A stretch of DNA of 64,000 nucleotides from an uncultured Actinomycetes bacterium (GCA_963821325.1 CAWGDC010000001.1:201794-265793); one strand, 5' to 3'. Positions 17,910 to 26,074 are shown, counted from the stretch's first letter. Numbers and translations: made by a program. The notes: generated from the letters alone by a model not told the origin.

Positions 17910-18420
17910 CGCCGGCCTCCTCACGGGTGTAGGCGCGTCGGAAGGCGGCGCGGGCGCGTACGAGCAGCGCCTCGGTCGCGTGCACGGTGCGCTGCAGGTG
18001 CGCCGCGACGTCGGGGACGGACAGGTCGTCGAGGTAGCGCAGCGTCAGCGCGGCGCGGTGCTGCGGGGCGAGTCCGTCGAGGGTCTGGTGGGCCCGCACC
18101 GCGTCGAGGTGCGCGTCCCAGGGGTCGTCGGGCGGGAGCTCGTCGCCGACGGCGCGGAGGTTCCGCTCCTCCCGTGACTGGCGCCGCCAGTGGTCCACGA
18201 GCTTGTGGCGGGCGACGCCGATGAGCCACGCCGTGGTCAGGCTCGCCGGACGGTCGCGGCGCACCGCGTCGACGGCCGCCAGGAACGTCTCGGCGGTCAG
18301 GTCCTCCGCGACGATGCGCTGCCCGCACCGGGTGATGAGGTACCCGTAGACGTCGGCGACGGCCGCGTCGTAGAGCGCCAGGAGCCCCGCGGGGCTGGCC
18401 GGTGCGGCCTGCTCGCTCAC
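17902..18420 (-). CDS. ECF-type RNA polymerase sigma-70 family factor
   Basis: Region 2 (AEDLTAETFLAAV...WLIGVARHKLVDHWRR) and region 4 (LTLRYLDDLSVPDVAAHLQRTVHATEALLVRAR). 172 aa, no C-terminal extension. Confidence 0.9.
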   Translation of the reverse strand: MSEQAAPASPAGLLALYDAAVADVYGYLITRCGQRIVAEDLTAETFLAAVDAVRRDRPASLTTAWLIGVARHKLVDHWRRQSREERNLRAVGDELPPDDPWDAHLDAVRAHQTLDGLAPQHRAALTLRYLDDLSVPDVAAHLQRTVHATEALLVRARAAFRRAYTREEAGDA

Positions 18421-18553
18421 ACCTGGATCATCGTCGCGGGGCGGCTCGCTCCGACGGGTGACACCACGATTTCTTGCCGCCGCCGTCTCCCAGGAGTCCG
18501 GTCAGCCGGGCCGTCCGGCCGGTGCCGGCCGTCGGCCGGGGCCCGAGCCTGCC

Positions 18554-19961
18554 TTACCGGTGCGCGCTGACCTTCCCGAGGAACGGGATGAGCCGGTCAA
18601 AGAAGGCGTTGTGGGGGTAGGCGCCGGCGGGGTCGTTGTGCGCGTAGATGCCCTGGAAGTTGGCGAGCGTGAGGTTGCTCGACGGGATCCGGGACTGCGC
18701 GGCCAGCAGCTGGGCGGCCGCGGGCACGCCGGCGCCGCCGAGCTGCGCGCCGAAGGCGTAGATCAGCAGGCTCGTCGGCAGGTTGTGTCCCATCGTGGCG
18801 TCGACGTCGAGCACGGCCTGGGCCGGGTTCGCGTTGCCGTTCGCCACTGCGGCGGTGTCGTCGGTGAGGCGCTGCGGGAAGTACCACTCGGTGCCGTCGG
18901 CGTTGTTCACACCGACACCGGAGAACATCGTCTCGTAGCGCGTGATGGGCGTGAGCGCGCCGGCGCCGTTCCAGCCGCGGACCGCCCCCGAGGTCGCGAG
19001 ACCGGCGCCGAGGTGCGCTTGCGCGGCCTCGAGGCTCGGCGGCGACGTCCCGACGTTCAGCGCATACCCGTACTGGCCGACGTTGCTGACCGGCACGGGC
19101 GGGACGATCGACGCGGGCAGCAGGCCGGAGGTCTGACCCAGCGAGGGGGCGTTCGGGTCGAACAGCGCCCCCGCCGACCCGGTGGCGTTGAACAAGCCGG
19201 CGTAGGGCGCGCTGATCCCGCCGAACGCGAGCCACGGCGACGCGTTCGGGGCGTCGAGGGTCTGCAGCTCGCTCGTCGCCTGGGCCGCGCTGATGGGCGT
19301 GGGGGTGCTGGCCCCATCGATGTAGACCAGCCCGGCGAGGTCATCCGCGCCGGCCCGACCGTTGAAGTCCCAGGTCGCGTACGCCGTGACCACCGAGCCG
19401 CCGAGCGAGTGGCCGCCGAGCACCACCTTGCCGCCGAGGCGCCCCGCGGCCGCGACGACGTCGTGGAGGTCCTCGACCGCGACGTTCATGCCCCAGTCCT
19501 TCGCGAACGCGACGGTCGAGTTCGCGATGAGCTGGAAGTGCGGGGTGACGCTCGGGTCCTTCAGGTAGCCGAGGTAGTAGTTGTAGAGCTGCGTCGACGT
19601 CGCCTTGCCCGCCTTGAAGCGGTTCAGTTCCGACTGGTCCTCGAGCAGGTTCTCGCGGCGCTCGACCGACCAGACCTGCCAGCCGCTCGCCTTCGACACG
19701 ATCCACTTCGCGAGCGGCACGAAGTACGCGCTGCCCGCCGACGTGCCCGGCTCGAGCACGAGCACGTTCCTCGCGCTGCTCGGCCCGACCTTGATCACCC
19801 CGACCTTGTCGTACTGGGCCGGGGTGCCCGGCGCGGCGTACCCCGTCATCCACGTGACGGCGAGCGTCCGCGGGCGTGCTGGAGGCCGGTGTCGGGACGA
19901 GAGCGGTCAGGCCCGCCAGCGCCATCGTGAGCGGCACCGCTCGCTTCAGCCCGAGCGTCAT
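18554..19961 (-). pseudogene. secreted alpha/beta-hydrolase (lipase/esterase-like); signal peptide in a different frame from the mature domain
   Basis: Mature part has the nucleophile elbow GGHSLGG. ATG 19961, preceded by GAGGGGGGG, encodes MTLGLKRAVPLTMALAGLTALVPTPASSTPA in the frame of track ORF 19341..20108. Dropping one base at CC 19868-19869 joins it to TLAVTWMTGYAAPG... Total length is 3n+1. Confidence 0.75.
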
Positions 19962-20354
19962 GACACGGTTCCCCCCCTCGGTCGATACGGCGTCCTGACC
20001 GGTGCAACCTGGCTTCAGGCGCCGAGCGCACCCTACGCGTCGGTGTCGAACAACGTGCGCCAAACAGCGATCGGCGTTTGTCAAGGTCAACCAGGCGGAA
20101 GGGCCCACCGCGACGGCCGCTCCCGGCTCGGCGCCGAGGTGGCGGGATCGCTACCTGCTGCAGCATCGAGCTCGTCTGCGTGGCCGCGCTGACGACTTCC
20201 GGTTCGGGTTACGCGGCGCTCGAGCCCGTCGGCGATCGAGCGCAGCGTCTCGGCCACGGCCCGGCGGTACGCGTCGCGGGGATTCTCGGACCGTGCCGGT
20301 CCGGGCGGGCGAGCTGCCGCGGGTCCGAGGTCTGCCGCCCGCGGCCGGGCGGCG

Positions 20355-21959
20355 CTACGCGAGGCTGACCAGGTCGAGGAGGTCCTCGGACCAGTAGTCG
20401 AGCTCGCCGTCGGGCATGAGCAGCACGCGGTCCGGCTGGAGTCGGGCCACGAAGGCCGCGTCGTGGCTCACGAGGACGATCGCGCCGGGCCATTGGCTGA
20501 GCGCATCCCCGATGGCGTCGCGGGACGGCGGATCGAGGTTGTTCGTCGGCTCGTCGAGTAACAGCGTGTTGTGGCGACCGGCGACCAGCTGGGCGAGCGC
20601 CAGCTTCGTCTTCTCGCCGCCGGAGAGCGTGCCCGCGTCCTGGAACGCGATCTCGCCACGGAGCGCGAACGTCCCCAGCAGGCTGCGCAGCTGCTGGGTG
20701 GGCCGCGCGGGTCCGTCCTGGAGGTGCTCGAGGACGGTGCTCCCCGGGACGATCCCTTCGTGCTCCTGTGCGTAGTAGCCAACCGACGCGCCGTGCCCGA
20801 GTGCCACGGTGCCGACGTCGGGATCGGTGTGACCAGCGAGGATCCGCATGAGGCTGGTCTTCCCCGCGCCGTTGAGGCCCATGACGAGGAGCCGCTCGCC
20901 GCGCGCAACGTCGAACGTCACGTCGGTGAACACGGGCGGACCGTCGTAGCCCTTCGCGAGTCCGTCGACCTGCAGGACGACCGAACCCGGGCGTGGGGGT
21001 TCGGGGAACCGCACGGTGACCCGGGTCTGGCGACGGGAACCGGACGCGGCGTCGCGCTCCAGGCGCGCCACCCGGGTGTCGAGGGCCTTGGCGGTCCTCG
21101 CCCGCTTGACGGTCTGGCCGCGCATCCGGTCGGCGAGCGTCCGCAGCCGCGTGATCTCGGACTGCTCGCGTGCCACGGTGCGCCGGAGTCGCTCCTCGTC
21201 GGCGGCGCGGGCCACTAGGTACTGCGAGTAGGTGCCGCGATATTCCGTGAGCTCCCCGTCGTCGAGGTGCAGCACGCGGGTGATCGCTTCGTCGAGGAGG
21301 TCGAGGTCGTGGCTCACGACGAGCAGCGCGCCGCGGTAGGAGCGCAGGAAGCTGGTGAGCCACTGCTTGGCATCGGTGTCGAGGTGATTCGTCGGCTCGT
21401 CGAGCAACAGCAGCTCGCTGCCGGCGAAGAGGATCCGGCCCAGCTCGACACGGCGTCGCTCGCCGCCCGAGAGGGCGGCCAACGGCACGTCGAGGCGGTC
21501 GTTGCGGAGCCCCAGGCCATGGGCCAGCCGGCGGGCCTCGGCCTCAGCGCCGTATCCGCCCGCGAAGCGGTAGACGTCTTCGGCGTGACCGAACTGCGCC
21601 ACGTGCCGATCGGATGGATCGTCCTCGACGCGGGCCCGATGCACCTCGAGCTGCTGCGCCGCGACATCGAGGCCCCGGCCCGAGAGGACGTGCGAGAGGC
21701 CGCTCGCCGCCGGACCGGTGATGTCGGCACGCGGGTCCTGCGGGAGATAGCCGACGGCGTCCGAGCGAAGGACGACGCCGGCCGCCGCGGGCGTGTGACC
21801 GGCGACGACGGACAGCAGGCTCGTCTTGCCCGCCCCGTTCCGGCCGACGAGACCGACCTTGTCGCCCGCGCGCAGGGAGAAGGTGGCGCCGCTCAGGGTC
21901 AGTCGGCCGCCGACTTCCACCGCGAGGTCTCGGGCTTGGAGCACAACCCATGCTCGCAC
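20355..21959 (-). CDS. ABC-F family ATPase (two ABC cassettes, no TM domain)
   Basis: Walker A GRNGAGKTS and GLNGAGKTS. Signatures LSGGERRR and LSGGEKTK. Basic ~80-aa inter-domain linker. Confidence 0.9.
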   Translation of the reverse strand: MRAWVVLQARDLAVEVGGRLTLSGATFSLRAGDKVGLVGRNGAGKTSLLSVVAGHTPAAAGVVLRSDAVGYLPQDPRADITGPAASGLSHVLSGRGLDVAAQQLEVHRARVEDDPSDRHVAQFGHAEDVYRFAGGYGAEAEARRLAHGLGLRNDRLDVPLAALSGGERRRVELGRILFAGSELLLLDEPTNHLDTDAKQWLTSFLRSYRGALLVVSHDLDLLDEAITRVLHLDDGELTEYRGTYSQYLVARAADEERLRRTVAREQSEITRLRTLADRMRGQTVKRARTAKALDTRVARLERDAASGSRRQTRVTVRFPEPPRPGSVVLQVDGLAKGYDGPPVFTDVTFDVARGERLLVMGLNGAGKTSLMRILAGHTDPDVGTVALGHGASVGYYAQEHEGIVPGSTVLEHLQDGPARPTQQLRSLLGTFALRGEIAFQDAGTLSGGEKTKLALAQLVAGRHNTLLLDEPTNNLDPPSRDAIGDALSQWPGAIVLVSHDAAFVARLQPDRVLLMPDGELDYWSEDLLDLVSLA

Positions 21960-22031
21960 CGCGACGGGGCCGCACTATGCCGATTTGGGTGCCTCGGCGT
22001 CCCACGCGGGCTGTTGCACGCGGAGGTCGCC

Positions 22032-22114
22032 TGGGAGGCGGCGGTGGGAATTGAACCCACGTCCAGGGTCTTGCAGACCCTTGCCGAGTGTCCAGGTGAG
22101 GTGATCGAGCCGCC
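22032..22114 (-). repeat. partial copy of the tRNA-Cys 3' portion (att-like direct repeat / tRNA pseudogene)
   Basis: 22032-22085 equals 26000-26052 except for one extra G and one T>C (T-arm, variable region and anticodon arm, including GCA). The 5' continuation to 22114 does not form a D-arm or a full acceptor stem. Confidence 0.75.
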
Positions 22115-22381
22115 TTGAGGCTGCTCACGTTCGGTCTTCGTGTGGTCTGGTTGTATCCCCTTTCGTTGCGTATCGCCAGGTTTGATGGGCAGATGATCGG
22201 CGACGCGATGCCAACGAGGAGGGCGGCGGCGGAACCGGCGTTCCGGGCCTCATGGCGTCTTGGATCGTGGGGGCGGTGCAGGGCCGTGGCGTTGGACCGA
22301 CGGGGTGCACGTAGCGTCTCTCGGGGCGTGCGCTCCGGCGCGCACCGATCCGTTATGCCGTTCCAAGCCCAGAGGACGCTC

Positions 22382-23038
22382 ATGGATATCTACGAGGCGC
22401 TGTACACGACCCGGGCGATGCGGAGGGTCAAGCCAGATCCGATCCCGCTCGAGGTTCAGGCGAAGATCTTGGATGCCGCGATCCGTGCGCCGAGTGGGGG
22501 CAACGCGGAGGGGTGGAGGTTCCTGCTCGTCGACGACCTCGAGGTGAAGGCCCGTCTCGGCCCGCTGTATCGGTATTCGATCGAGCAGCTCTGGGAGACG
22601 ATCTACGCCGACCGGCTCGCGGGAGCTCGAGCCAACCCAGATGACCCCGACTCGATCGAGCTGCTGAAGATCCAGCGGTCGGCGCAATGGCTTGCCGACC
22701 ACTTCGAGAGCGTGCCGCTCTTCCTGCTCGGGTTCATTCAGATCGATTCCACGGGCGGGTCGATCTATCCGGCCGTGTGGAGCGCGCAGCTCGCAGCCCG
22801 AGCGGAGGGGGTTGGCTCGGCGCTGACCAGCATCCTGGGTGTCTTTCGCTCGACGGAGACGTTCGAGGTGCTGGGTGTGCCGAGCGACGAAGGCTGGATC
22901 TTCGCCTGCTTGGTGTCGTTCGGGTACCCGACCGGTCGTTGGGGGGTCGCGCCGAGGACCCCAGCGCACGACGTCACCTTCCGAAACGCGTGGGGTCGAC
23001 CGTCCGGCTTGACGGTCCCCGAGCCGCTGTGGCCATGA
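22382..23038 (+). CDS. nitroreductase family protein
   Basis: ATG 22382 (MDIYEALYTTRAMRRVKPDPIP...APSGGNAEGWRFLLV). The upstream part of track ORF 22115..23038 has no coding character. Confidence 0.85.
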   Translation: MDIYEALYTTRAMRRVKPDPIPLEVQAKILDAAIRAPSGGNAEGWRFLLVDDLEVKARLGPLYRYSIEQLWETIYADRLAGARANPDDPDSIELLKIQRSAQWLADHFESVPLFLLGFIQIDSTGGSIYPAVWSAQLAARAEGVGSALTSILGVFRSTETFEVLGVPSDEGWIFACLVSFGYPTGRWGVAPRTPAHDVTFRNAWGRPSGLTVPEPLWP

Positions 23039-23115
23039 CGCGGTCCGCGCTGCGAGGAGCCACATGAGCGGCCACCACCATGCCGGCTGGACCGCGATCT
23101 TTGATGCGCAAATGA

Positions 23116-23129
23116 GAGCCTGTTGCGCA
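23116..23129. repeat. IS terminal inverted repeat (left)
   Basis: GAGCCTGTTGCGCA, the reverse complement of 24625-24638. Confidence 0.85.
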
Positions 23130-23232
23130 GACCGCCGGAGGAGGCGCTCTTCCGGCAGGTCGGTTGTGGTGTCGACCCTGGTGACGGGCCAGCTGCGTTC
23201 TGGCGGCGCTGGGATGAGTGAGGACTTGTCGG

Positions 23233-24576
23233 CTATGCGATGGCGGTCTGGTAGCGCCAGAGTTTGAGGAGGTTGCTGGTGGCGCAGAGCAGCTTCCATT
23301 CGCTGGCGCAGGCGTTGAAGCCGCGTCGCATGAATTGGCGTGCGCCGCGGGCGTCTTTGATCTGGCCGATGAGCGGCTCGATGGTGGTGCGACGCATGCG
23401 CATCAGCTGTTGGCCTCGTGGGGTGGCGAGGCGTTGGTTCATCGCGGCGATGAGCGGTTGGATCGTGGAGTTCGACGGGTAGCCGTCTTTGCGGGGTTTG
23501 CCCCGGGTGGCGTGATGCGCCACGTGGATGAACAGCTCCGGGGCATCGGTGATGGAGCCGTCGACGTGCTTGGCTCGCCAATAGCCGGCGTCGGCGACCA
23601 GGGCCCGGGGTCCGCGGCGGATCCCGGCGGCTCGCAAGGTCGCCCGGGTGGCGGCGAGCATCGGTTCGAGTTGCTCGACGTCGTTGACGCGTTGGGTCAG
23701 CTCGGCGGCCACGATGATCTGCTCGGGCGTCGCCGCCACCTGGGCGTTGTATCCCTGCAGCGGGCCGTGACGATCAATGAGGATCCGGCTCTCCGGATCG
23801 GTCATGTTGGCTTTGGCCTTCGGTCGAGGTGTCTCCCAGCGGCGCCGCTTGACTTCTCGCACCGCCAGCCCCCGCGCGACGCGGGACTCCGTGAGCGCCT
23901 CGGCCCGCTGGGCATAGGTCTGCTCGCGCTGGGCGGCGTCGTCGGCCAGACGCTGACGGGCGACCTGCAGGCGGGCCAGACGCTCACCCCGAGCGCGCAG
24001 CGCCGGCGGCAAGCTGATGATCGTCGCCACCGGGTCCTCCTCGGCCCGGTCGGCAGCTTCGGCGTCGGCGAGCATGCGAGCGACCTCGGCGTCGAGCTCC
24101 TCGAGGGTCCGGTTCGAATCAAACGCCGCATCCGCGCCGATGCGGGTCCCATCCAGAGCCACCGCACCCAAGTGCACCAGCCCCGCCTCGGCGCACAAGC
24201 GCAGCGACTCGACCAGCACCTGCGCGAGGGCGTCCTCGTGGCGGCGACGGAACCGAGCGATCGTCACATGATCAGGAGCCAGATTCGCGGACAGCACCCG
24301 AAACGCGACGTCCTCCACGCAACGCCGTTCCAACGCCCGCGACGACCGCACCCCCAAGCAATACCCATAGAGAAGAAGCCCGACCATCATCGCTGGGTCA
24401 TAGGCCGATCGGCCATGACCATCAGCCCGATAGCTCGCTCGGAACCCCGACAGGTCCAACTGGGCCACCACATCGATCACGAACCAAACCAGATGCTCCT
24501 CGGGCAGCCACTCCCGCAGATCCGGCGGCAACAAGAACGACTGGTCCCGATCCGACGAGACGAAGTTATACGCCAT
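23233..24576 (-). CDS. IS1182-family DDE transposase
   Basis: N-terminus MAYNFVSSDRDQSFLLPPDLREWLPEEHLVWFVIDVV...GRSAYDPAMMVGLLLYGYCLGVRSSRALE and C-terminus ...EWKLLCATSNLLKLWR are typical of this family. Confidence 0.85.
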   Translation of the reverse strand: MAYNFVSSDRDQSFLLPPDLREWLPEEHLVWFVIDVVAQLDLSGFRASYRADGHGRSAYDPAMMVGLLLYGYCLGVRSSRALERRCVEDVAFRVLSANLAPDHVTIARFRRRHEDALAQVLVESLRLCAEAGLVHLGAVALDGTRIGADAAFDSNRTLEELDAEVARMLADAEAADRAEEDPVATIISLPPALRARGERLARLQVARQRLADDAAQREQTYAQRAEALTESRVARGLAVREVKRRRWETPRPKAKANMTDPESRILIDRHGPLQGYNAQVAATPEQIIVAAELTQRVNDVEQLEPMLAATRATLRAAGIRRGPRALVADAGYWRAKHVDGSITDAPELFIHVAHHATRGKPRKDGYPSNSTIQPLIAAMNQRLATPRGQQLMRMRRTTIEPLIGQIKDARGARQFMRRGFNACASEWKLLCATSNLLKLWRYQTAIA

Positions 24577-24624
24577 AGCCCGATCATGAACGAGACCAAC
24601 AAAGCAGGGCGCGATAGTCGCCTT

Positions 24625-24638
24625 TGCGCAACAGGCTC
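24625..24638. repeat. IS terminal inverted repeat (right)
   Basis: TGCGCAACAGGCTC, the reverse complement of 23116-23129. Confidence 0.85.
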
Positions 24639-24721
24639 ATGATGGGCAGCAGCGCGGCCGCCGACGCCAGGCGCGCCTGCGCGGCGGACCGGGAAGCGCT
24701 CCCTGAGCAGGGGATCTGGCT

Positions 24722-24790
24722 TGGAGGCGGCGGGGGAAATTGAACCCACCTCCAGGGTTTGCCGTCCCTCGGCCACTTGGCCAGGTCGCC
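24722..24790 (-). pseudogene. degenerate tRNA-Cys-like copy (69 nt, not foldable)
   Basis: Shares the CCA end, acceptor 3' strand, T-arm and GCAAA with 26000-26074, but with mismatches. It lacks the 5' strand of the anticodon stem, and acceptor pairing is broken. Similarity to the intact locus continues about 30 nt beyond the 3' end. Confidence 0.6.
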
Positions 24791-24872
24791 TGCCCGAGGC
24801 CCACGGCCCAGCGCTCGAGGTGCTAACGCTGGATGCCGACGGCGTGATCGACATCGCGTTCGCGCTGATGGG

Positions 24873-25421
24873 TCAACGACCTGTCAAGACGGCAGCAATC
24901 CGTTCGTAGCGTGGATCCGCGTCGCCAGCGATTCGCCCGACCCACCGAAGCACCTCGGCGACATCGAGCGCGACATCGGCATCCATCATCGCGTCGATGT
25001 CAACCCAGTCCTTCGGACGATCGAACACAACCTTGCACACGATCAGATGCTCAGGCGCCAGGATGGGGATGGTCGTGTCGGCGAAGGGAACTGTGCGGCG
25101 CGCTACGGCCGCAGCCGCGTGGAAGGCGTCATACGCGAAGAACAGGTCGATCGGCGTGTAGTCCCACATGACCCGCGTCTGGCCATCGCGCGCGACGGCC
25201 GACACCGCCTCCTCGGTTTCTGCGTCGACACCGAGCGCGACGAGTGGCCTGGCCACATCGGCGTAATGGTCAGGGGACACGAACACGTTGACATCGATGT
25301 CGATCGTCGCCCGGGGTTCCGCGTAGTAGGCCAAGGCCAGGGCGCCGCCGAATGCATGCGGAATGCGTGACAGCGCGCCTTCGAGCGCGACGATTCGCTC
25401 CGGAAGGGTCAGAACGGTCAC
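24873..25421 (-). CDS. pol-beta-superfamily nucleotidyltransferase (AbiEii/MenT-like candidate toxin), 182 aa
   Basis: FGGALALAYYAEPRATIDIDVNV (GG-x13-DxD) plus a downstream acidic residue in YTPIDLFF. The start overlaps the upstream HTH gene by 4 nt. Confidence 0.65.
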   Translation of the reverse strand: MTVLTLPERIVALEGALSRIPHAFGGALALAYYAEPRATIDIDVNVFVSPDHYADVARPLVALGVDAETEEAVSAVARDGQTRVMWDYTPIDLFFAYDAFHAAAAVARRTVPFADTTIPILAPEHLIVCKVVFDRPKDWVDIDAMMDADVALDVAEVLRWVGRIAGDADPRYERIAAVLTGR

Positions 25422-25747
25422 GATGAGAGCAGTCGCGGCGCCCGTAGTACCCGTCGCCGCGGTCGGGCTGGGATCGCGTCGGCCAGCAGAAGCACGTCAA
25501 CAAGTCGGCGCGCGTGCTCGTCGACGCCCCGGGCGCGAGGCGGGCCGCCAGCCACGACGCCAGCACTGATCTGGAGGCGCTCGCCGGCAGCGTCGATGAG
25601 GCGCTCGAGCGTGTGGAAGGTCGGGTCGCGCCGGCCATGCTCATAGGCCGATACGACCGGCTGCGACGTGCCGGCTCGGCGGGCGAGCTCGGCTTGGGTC
25701 AGACCTCGGCGCCGGCGGACGCGGTGAAGCAGCTCCCCCGGGTTCAT
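25418..25747 (-). CDS. XRE-family helix-turn-helix protein (candidate antitoxin/regulator), 109 aa
   Basis: ATG 25747 (MNPGELLHRVRRRRGLTQAELARRAGTSQPVVSAYEHGRRDP). The longer start at 25786 would translate the AT-rich promoter-like stretch. Confidence 0.7.
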   Translation of the reverse strand: MNPGELLHRVRRRRGLTQAELARRAGTSQPVVSAYEHGRRDPTFHTLERLIDAAGERLQISAGVVAGGPPRARGVDEHARRLVDVLLLADAIPARPRRRVLRAPRLLSS

Positions 25748-25754
25748 GCGGAAG

Positions 25755-25760
25755 AGTATA
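25755..25760 (-). promoter_or_regulatory. -10-like hexamer TATACT 7 nt upstream of the HTH start (possible leaderless transcript)
   Basis: Minus strand reads CCTATAGACGATACGATATACTCTTCCGC-ATG, the most AT-rich stretch of the islet. Confidence 0.3.
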
Positions 25761-25999
25761 TCGTATCGTCTATAGGCACGAGCCACGACCTCCCGCCCGA
25801 GCTCGGGGCACCTCCACCTCGACCAAGACCGAGATCGGTGCGCGGCACGCCCTCGGTTTGGACACTGCGGCCACCGTCAAGCCGCGGGCGCGCGCAGCCG
25901 CAACGGGTTGGTGGCGTCGACATGCGCGCCAGGTTCTGTCCAGGCCGGCTCGCTAGGCAGCCCAAACCCTGGCAAGCGTCGGCTGAGCGGATCGGTGTT

Positions 26000-26074
26000 T
26001 GGAGGCGGCGGTGGGAATTGAACCCACGTCCAGGGTTTTGCAGACCCTTGCCTGTGCCACTCGGCTACGCCGCC
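26000..26074 (-). tRNA. tRNA-Cys (anticodon GCA), CCA encoded
   Basis: Reverse complement is GGCGGCG-TA-GCCGAGTGGCACAGGC-A-AGGGT-CTGCAAA-ACCCT-GGAC-GTGGG-TTCAATT-CCCAC-CGCCGCC-T-CCA. Full cloverleaf, 75 nt, U73 discriminator as expected for Cys. Confidence 0.92.

Larger units (their letters stand above)
23116..24638 (-). mobile_element. IS1182-family insertion sequence, apparently complete (1523 bp)
   Basis: Perfect 14-bp terminal inverted repeats (GAGCCTGTTGCGCA at 23116-23129; its complement at 24625-24638). Flanking 4-bp direct repeat ATGA (23112-23115 and 24639-24642). A single 447-aa transposase ORF. Confidence 0.85.
22032..26074. mobile_element. degraded genomic islet at tRNA-Cys (no integrase retained)
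   Basis: Bounded by the intact tRNA and its partial copy, with a third decayed copy inside. The genes within show more A/T at third codon positions. Contains an IS element and a TA-like pair. Confidence 0.5.

Noticed and set aside
22032-22114. Possible second functional tRNA-Cys
   Set aside because: The 5' half cannot form a D-arm, the acceptor stem has a mismatch, and the 3' end reads TCCCA. It is better explained as an att-type partial duplicate.
22115-22381. N-terminal extension of the nitroreductase (track ORF starts at 22115)
   Set aside because: The extension is low-GC, has no coding-like third-position bias, and starts directly at the tRNA fragment. The family N-terminus begins at ATG 22382.
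22032-26074. Search for an integrase/excisionase in the islet, or a restriction partner near the methyltransferase (60-62 kb)
   Set aside because: No ORF in any frame showed tyrosine- or serine-recombinase or nuclease-like motifs that I could recognise. The absence is recorded, not proof.
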